From Candidatus Nomurabacteria bacterium (GTDB taxonomy: Bacteria > Patescibacteriota > Minisyncoccia > Phycocordibacterales > UBA9973), in the NCBI GenBank assembly GCA_023267435.1, contig JAHFNH010000002.1, positions 4,219 to 68,218 of the forward strand: a stretch of 64,000 bases of DNA. The letters are read 5' to 3'. The position numbers were made by a program, and so were the translations under genes. Positions within the stretch are counted from its first letter, which is position 1; every line of letters starts with the position of its first letter. The notes under the pieces are model-generated. The model saw nothing but the letters and a program-made list of their open reading frames with translations. It was not told the DNA's origin and ran no database searches. Shown here in pieces: positions 58,963 through 64,000 of the stretch.

Positions 58963-59091
58963 ATGAATCCCGTTAGAAGCCGCGGTCGCAGTTTTAAACG
59001 GTATTTAATTAAGAGATTATTATTTTAAATTAAATTATTAGCAGATAAAGGTTTTTAAAAAAGACCGCGACCTGCTTCTAAACGGGATGAA
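58963..59091. mobile_element. MITE-like inverted-repeat element at the topA start
   Basis: ATCCCGTTAGAAGC ... GCTTCTAAACGGGAT ends, flanked by ATGAA direct repeat. Confidence 0.65.
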
Positions 59092-61294
59092 ACTATTAAT
59101 TGTGGAATCACCTTCAAAAGCAAAGACTATTGAGAAATATCTCGATGGCGCATTTACCGTGCGCGCATCTGTCGGACATATTCGCGATTTACCAAAATCA
59201 AATAAACTTGCTATTGATATTCCCGCTGGATTCGTGCCTCATTATGAAATATCAAAAGGTAAAGAAAAAGTCGTCCACGAACTCCAAAGCCTCGCAGAAA
59301 AAGCAACAGAAATAATGTTGGCGACAGACCCCGACCGCGAAGGAGAAGCTATCGCTTGGCATATCGAAGAATTATTGAAACAAGATAAAAAAGTAAAAGC
59401 TCCGATGCAACGCGTGGCTTTTCATGAAATCACTAAAGAAGCCGTGGAAGAAGCTTTGAAGCACCCTCGTGCAATAGATACTGATTTACGCAAAGCTCAA
59501 GAAGCTCGCAGAGTACTAGACAGGCTCGTGGGTTATGATTTGTCAGGTTTAATTTGGAAAAAAGTTCGCTACGGACTTTCAGCAGGACGCGTGCAATCCC
59601 CAGCTCTCCGCATAATCATGGAACGCGAAAGAGAAATTCGCGCATTTATTCCAGAAAAATATTGGAGACTCTACGGACTTTTTGAAACTCTAAAAAAAGA
59701 AAAAATATCTTTAGAATGTTCCAAAGAACCAAGAGACAAAGAACTTGTTGATAAAATTCTTCATGAAGGCAAGAATGGTAATTGGAAAATTTCTGGAGTA
59801 AAAGAATCAGAACAAAAGCGTTCACCTCGTGCGCCTTTTACCACTTCCACTTTGCAACAGACAGCGAGTTCTCGTCTGGGATACTCACCTTCTCGCACAA
59901 TGCAAATAGCGCAGAAGCTTTATGAAGCTGGACATATCACATACATGAGAACAGATAGTACAAATTTGTCTGTAGCAGCTCAAACACAAATCGTCGCACT
60001 GATTGAAAAAGAATACGGTGGAAAATATGCGGAAGCGAGAGTTTATAAAACAAAATCAAAAAATGCGCAGGAAGCTCACGAAGCTATTCGTCCAACACAT
60101 GTCGAACATTTTGAAGCTGGTAGTGATGATCAACAAAAACTTTATAGACTTATCTGGGAACGTGCAGTTTCTTCACAGATGACTGATGCGAAACTTTTAA
60201 AAACAAAAGTCACCGCAAATATCGAAAGTCACGAAGACTTGCCTGATTTTTCCATTGTCGGCTCAAGAGTTCTTTTTTCTGGCTGGCTCGAAGTAGACAA
60301 AGATGCGCGCGGAGATGATGTAGAACTTCCAGAAGTAAAAGAAGGTGAAAAATTAAAACTGTTGGAATTATTAAGTGAAGAGAAATTTACCGAACCACCA
60401 AACAGATATTCTGAAGCAGGACTTGTGAAAGAACTAGAATCCCGTGATATCGGTAGACCTTCGACTTACGCTGCTATTATGCGCACTTTGGAAGACAGAG
60501 AATATGTTCGAAAAGAAGGTAAGACATTATTCCCGACTGATACCGGTGAAGTCGTCTCTGATTTCTTGGAAAATAATTTCCCTACATATATTTCAGATAC
60601 ATTCACCGCAGAGATGGAAGATAAACTCGATGAAATTTCTCGTGGTGAACGCGAATATGAAAAAACATTGAAAGATTTCTATGGTCCATTCTTAAAAGAA
60701 GTTAAAGAAAAAGATAAACTAGAAAAAGCGACAAATCTCGGTGAAGCACCGGAAGATATAAAATGTCCAAAGTGTGGAGGTAAAATGATAATAAAATTAT
60801 CAAAAAATGGTAAATTTTATTCTTGTGCAAATTATCCAGATTGTGAAGGAGCATTGAAACTAGATGGTACGGAAATGGCTGGTCCAAAAGAAACTGGTGA
60901 AATGTGTCCAAAATGCGGAGATAAAAAAGGAAAATCTGGTGGAGGAAAACTTGTTGTGCGAGAAGGTAAATTCGGCACATTCATCTCCTGCTCTCGTTAT
61001 CCAAAATGTAAATTTATCAAACAAGATGAAGAAGAAGTAAAAAGAAAAATGACTGATGTCACCTGTCCAACTTGTAAAAATGGCAAGATGATGGAACGCC
61101 GCGGAAGATTTGGAATATTTTATTCTTGTTCCAATTACCCTGATTGTAAAAATGCTATAAAAGCAAAACCCACCGGCCGCATCTGCGAACTCTGCCAATC
61201 GCTCATGATGGAAGGCACAAAAACAATTCCTGAGCGTTGTTCAAACAAAGCTTGCAAGAATCACAATCCACATAAACTAAATAAAATGGAATAA
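59087..61294 (+). CDS. topA: DNA topoisomerase I
   Basis: IVESPSKA, DPDREGE, SAGRVQS, ITYMRTD, C-terminal zinc ribbons. Confidence 0.97.
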   Translation: MKLLIVESPSKAKTIEKYLDGAFTVRASVGHIRDLPKSNKLAIDIPAGFVPHYEISKGKEKVVHELQSLAEKATEIMLATDPDREGEAIAWHIEELLKQDKKVKAPMQRVAFHEITKEAVEEALKHPRAIDTDLRKAQEARRVLDRLVGYDLSGLIWKKVRYGLSAGRVQSPALRIIMEREREIRAFIPEKYWRLYGLFETLKKEKISLECSKEPRDKELVDKILHEGKNGNWKISGVKESEQKRSPRAPFTTSTLQQTASSRLGYSPSRTMQIAQKLYEAGHITYMRTDSTNLSVAAQTQIVALIEKEYGGKYAEARVYKTKSKNAQEAHEAIRPTHVEHFEAGSDDQQKLYRLIWERAVSSQMTDAKLLKTKVTANIESHEDLPDFSIVGSRVLFSGWLEVDKDARGDDVELPEVKEGEKLKLLELLSEEKFTEPPNRYSEAGLVKELESRDIGRPSTYAAIMRTLEDREYVRKEGKTLFPTDTGEVVSDFLENNFPTYISDTFTAEMEDKLDEISRGEREYEKTLKDFYGPFLKEVKEKDKLEKATNLGEAPEDIKCPKCGGKMIIKLSKNGKFYSCANYPDCEGALKLDGTEMAGPKETGEMCPKCGDKKGKSGGGKLVVREGKFGTFISCSRYPKCKFIKQDEEEVKRKMTDVTCPTCKNGKMMERRGRFGIFYSCSNYPDCKNAIKAKPTGRICELCQSLMMEGTKTIPERCSNKACKNHNPHKLNKME

Positions 61295-61300
61295 AAAAGT

Positions 61301-61360
61301 GTCCCCTAAAGGGACTGCGATTTCTACAATCTTTGAAGATTAAGAAATCGGGAGTATAAT
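61301..61360 (+). repeat. Structured CCCTAAAGG...GGGAGTATAAT element, copy C
   Basis: Same frame as copies A and B with different but still complementary stems. Confidence 0.85.
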
Positions 61361-61368
61361 ATCTATCT

Positions 61369-62838
61369 ATGACAGACGTAAAGCAAATATTTAATTCAAT
61401 ACAAGGAAAAGTTCCAAAGAAAGACGAGGAGCTAATCATTAAAGCTTACGAATTTTCTAAAAAAGCACATGAAGGACAGAAACGAATGAGTGGTGAACCA
61501 TATTTCATTCACGTTTTTGAAACTGCGAAACTTATTGCGAAGCTCGGCATGGATGCCAAGACTATTGCGGCTGGACTTTTGCACGATGTATTAGAAGATA
61601 CACTCATAAAAGAATCTGAAATGGAAAAAGAATTCGGAAAAGATATCGTCTTCTTGGTAAGGGGTGTGACGAAACTCGGAACCTTAAAATATCGCGGACA
61701 TGAAAGACATGTAGAGAGTCTGCGTAAATTTTTCGTTGCTATAGCAAACGACCTCCGTGTAGTTATCATAAAATTCGCTGATAGAATGCACAATCTCAGT
61801 ACACTGCAACACGTACGAGAAGATAAAAGAAAAAGAATAGCCATAGAATCAATCGAGGTTTACGCTCCCCTGGCGAATCGTCTCGGAATGGGAAAATTAA
61901 AAGGTGAAATAGAAGACGCGGCTTTTCCTTACGCTTATCCGGAAGAATACGCACAAGTAGAAGAATTGATAAAAGGAAAAAAAGAATTGTATGAAAAATA
62001 TTTAACTGAAGTCCGCAATGATCTCGAAAAAGAATTAAAGAAAAATAAAATAAAATATGTCGAGATTGATTACCGAATGAAGCATAAATACAGTCTTTAC
62101 AAAAAACTTGTTCAGCATGATATGGATATAGATAAGATTTATGACATCGTCGCTTTGCGCGTCGTTGTGGAGACTGTCGAAGATTGTTATCGAGTTCTTG
62201 GTTTAGTGCATTCTATATGGAAACCACTACCAGGTAGAATTAAAGATTATATTGCAGTACCAAAACCAAACGGTTATCGTTCGATTCATACCACTATCTT
62301 TACTGGTTCCGGTGGAATTGCCGAGATACAAATACGAACGAGAGAAATGCATGCTGAAGCGGCTTATGGTATCGCTGCGCACTTCGCATACAAAGAACAA
62401 GGCGATAAAAAAGCCCAAGATGATAAATCGAAATTTAAGTGGATTAAAGATCTGAAAGATTTAAAACATATTCCGGAAGATCCATCGAAGTTTATTGAGA
62501 ATTTAAAAATGGACGTTTTTAATGATCGCATCTTCGTTTTCACTCCCGAAGGAGATGTTGTAGATTTACCAGAAGGCTCTAGCCCGATTGATTTCGCTTA
62601 TACAATTCATTCCGATATAGGAAATCATATTGCAAGCGCAAAAGTAAGCGGTAAAATGACACCAATCAGTACGAAATTGCACAATGGCGATATTGTAGAA
62701 ATAGTAACCAAAAAAGACGCTCACCCATCAAATAAATGGCTGGAGTATACTAAGACAACCTTAGCGAAAAAACATATTAGAATCTACGGTGAAAAACATA
62801 GTCTGCTTTCTATTTTGAAATCTTTCGGTCAAAAATAA
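61369..62838 (+). CDS. rel: RelA/SpoT (p)ppGpp synthetase/hydrolase, HD-SYNTH-TGS without ACT
   Basis: SGEPY..H, LHD..ED, KDYI..PK.NGY.S.H, EIQIRT, TGS. Confidence 0.93.
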   Translation: MTDVKQIFNSIQGKVPKKDEELIIKAYEFSKKAHEGQKRMSGEPYFIHVFETAKLIAKLGMDAKTIAAGLLHDVLEDTLIKESEMEKEFGKDIVFLVRGVTKLGTLKYRGHERHVESLRKFFVAIANDLRVVIIKFADRMHNLSTLQHVREDKRKRIAIESIEVYAPLANRLGMGKLKGEIEDAAFPYAYPEEYAQVEELIKGKKELYEKYLTEVRNDLEKELKKNKIKYVEIDYRMKHKYSLYKKLVQHDMDIDKIYDIVALRVVVETVEDCYRVLGLVHSIWKPLPGRIKDYIAVPKPNGYRSIHTTIFTGSGGIAEIQIRTREMHAEAAYGIAAHFAYKEQGDKKAQDDKSKFKWIKDLKDLKHIPEDPSKFIENLKMDVFNDRIFVFTPEGDVVDLPEGSSPIDFAYTIHSDIGNHIASAKVSGKMTPISTKLHNGDIVEIVTKKDAHPSNKWLEYTKTTLAKKHIRIYGEKHSLLSILKSFGQK

Positions 62839-62841
62839 ATT

Positions 62842-63834
62842 TTAGACACTAAAATTAGAAATATCGTAGAGATTCGCGTCGTCACTTTCTATTTCATCTT
62901 TTGTTCGATCATCAATAGGCGCTTCTAGTTTTTCTTCTGATGAAGTTTCTGAGGCAGGAACATTTTGAGCAATATAATTCTCAAGCATCTGCTCAGGCAT
63001 TTTTTGTGCACCTGTCTTGTTTATTAAATCTAAAATAGCTCGCAAATCTTCCGTTGAAAAGAAATCGATTTTAATCTGCCCGCCTAATTCTTTTCGGTCT
63101 ATATGCACGCGAGTGCCGAGTTTGTCTTGAAATTCTTCTTCGAGTTCGGTTATTTCCGGATCAGGCATAAACTCTTTCTTGCGAACACGATCAAAGGCTA
63201 TTTTTCTAGCCAATCTTTCCGCTTCACGCACGGTTATCTTTTTGAATAATATTTCTTTAAACAAAACGATCTGTTCTTCTGGATGATCTGCAAGCATCAA
63301 TATCGGTCGAGTATGTCCTTCGGTAATTCTGCCTTCAGAAAGAGCGTCAAGAATTTCATTTGGTAATGAAAGTATGCGCAGTGAGTTTGAAACATATTCT
63401 CGACTGCGTCCCATTTTTTTAGCAATTTCATTATGAGTAAATTTAAATTCACTCGCTAAGCGAAAAAAAGCTCTAGCGCGATCAACAGAATTCAAATCCT
63501 CGCGTTGCAAGTTTTCTATAATAGCAAGCTCAAGCTTCATCATAGAAGTATCACCTGTTCTTATGATCGCTGGCACTTGAGCGACTCCAGCGATCTTGGC
63601 AGCACGCAGTCTGCGTTCTCCGGCAATGAGTTCATATTCAGTCACAAGTCCTCCGTCTTCTTTTTCCACTTCCATGCGAGAAACTGTCAGTGGCTGAAGC
63701 ACTCCATATTGTTTTATAGAATCAGCCAAATCTTGAAGACGCGCTTCTTCGAATTCCCTTCTTGGTTGGTAAGGGTTTGGTTTAATTTTGTCTGTGTCGA
63801 TCCAGAAAATTGAATTGGAATAAATGTTAGACAT
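62842..63834 (-). CDS. parB: ParB/Spo0J partition protein
   Basis: NPYQPR, GERRLRA, ENLQREDL, HTH. Confidence 0.94.
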   Translation of the reverse strand: MSNIYSNSIFWIDTDKIKPNPYQPRREFEEARLQDLADSIKQYGVLQPLTVSRMEVEKEDGGLVTEYELIAGERRLRAAKIAGVAQVPAIIRTGDTSMMKLELAIIENLQREDLNSVDRARAFFRLASEFKFTHNEIAKKMGRSREYVSNSLRILSLPNEILDALSEGRITEGHTRPILMLADHPEEQIVLFKEILFKKITVREAERLARKIAFDRVRKKEFMPDPEITELEEEFQDKLGTRVHIDRKELGGQIKIDFFSTEDLRAILDLINKTGAQKMPEQMLENYIAQNVPASETSSEEKLEAPIDDRTKDEIESDDANLYDISNFSV

Positions 63835-63908
63835 GGCACTATTTTAGCATATTTTTAAAAAGTAAAAAATTGATTTTGTGATTAATTTAGGGTAAAATTC
63901 TGTTTAAT

Positions 63909-63992
63909 GCCCAGATGGCGGAATTGGTAGACGCGATGGACTCAAAATCCATTGATGGCAACATCATGAGAGTTCGATTCTCTCTCTGGGCA
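63909..63992 (+). tRNA. tRNA-Leu(CAA)
   Basis: GCCCAGA/TCTGGGC acceptor stem, ATGGA-CTCAAAA-TCCAT anticodon arm, long variable arm. Confidence 0.96.
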
Positions 63993-64000
63993 CATATTAT

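Noticed and set aside
973-63813. Numerous 60-140 aa ORFs antisense to or nested in recognised genes (e.g. 13146, 27284, 39945, 53857, 60861, 63505)
   Set aside because: Overlap confident genes, no motifs or expression signals.
1-64000. Alternative genetic code (TGA=Gly, as in Gracilibacteria)
   Set aside because: Core genes are full-length under code 11 and TGA serves as a stop (e.g. 15443-15445).

Overview
Low-GC bacterial chromosome segment, standard code 11. Gene content and compaction point to a Patescibacteria/CPR (Parcubacteria, Nomurabacteria-like) genome; this assignment is inference. 1-33 kb and 53.6-64 kb are mostly housekeeping: replication, tRNA synthetases, cell wall genes, a type IV pilus/T2SS cluster, a MarR-EmrAB efflux locus, dprA-topA, rel and parB. 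Two tRNA genes are present (Gln-TTG, Leu-CAA). 33-53 kb is an accessory region of short orphan ORFs. No CRISPR array, reverse transcriptase, integrase or transposase was recognised. The strongest signals are non-coding. (1) Many orphans sit in stereotyped self-contained cassettes: TTGAC-N16/18-TAnnnT promoter, boxA-like leader, ORF, intrinsic terminator. At 33.3-36.7 kb they form a ~1 kb-periodic array of divergent ORF pairs around a homologous core with a TTGAC-NN-GTCAA palindrome that reads as a -35 on both strands. Core genes instead have a -10 box 6-9 nt before the ATG (apparently leaderless). (2) A three-copy structured element with covarying stems ends in GGGAGTATAAT in front of ahpC, dprA and rel. 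(3) Several small palindromic insertions occur: in-frame in dnaX, at the topA start codon, and in a duplicated tRNA-Gln 5' end flanking a GIY-YIG gene. All protein calls come from motif recognition by eye; no database search was run.
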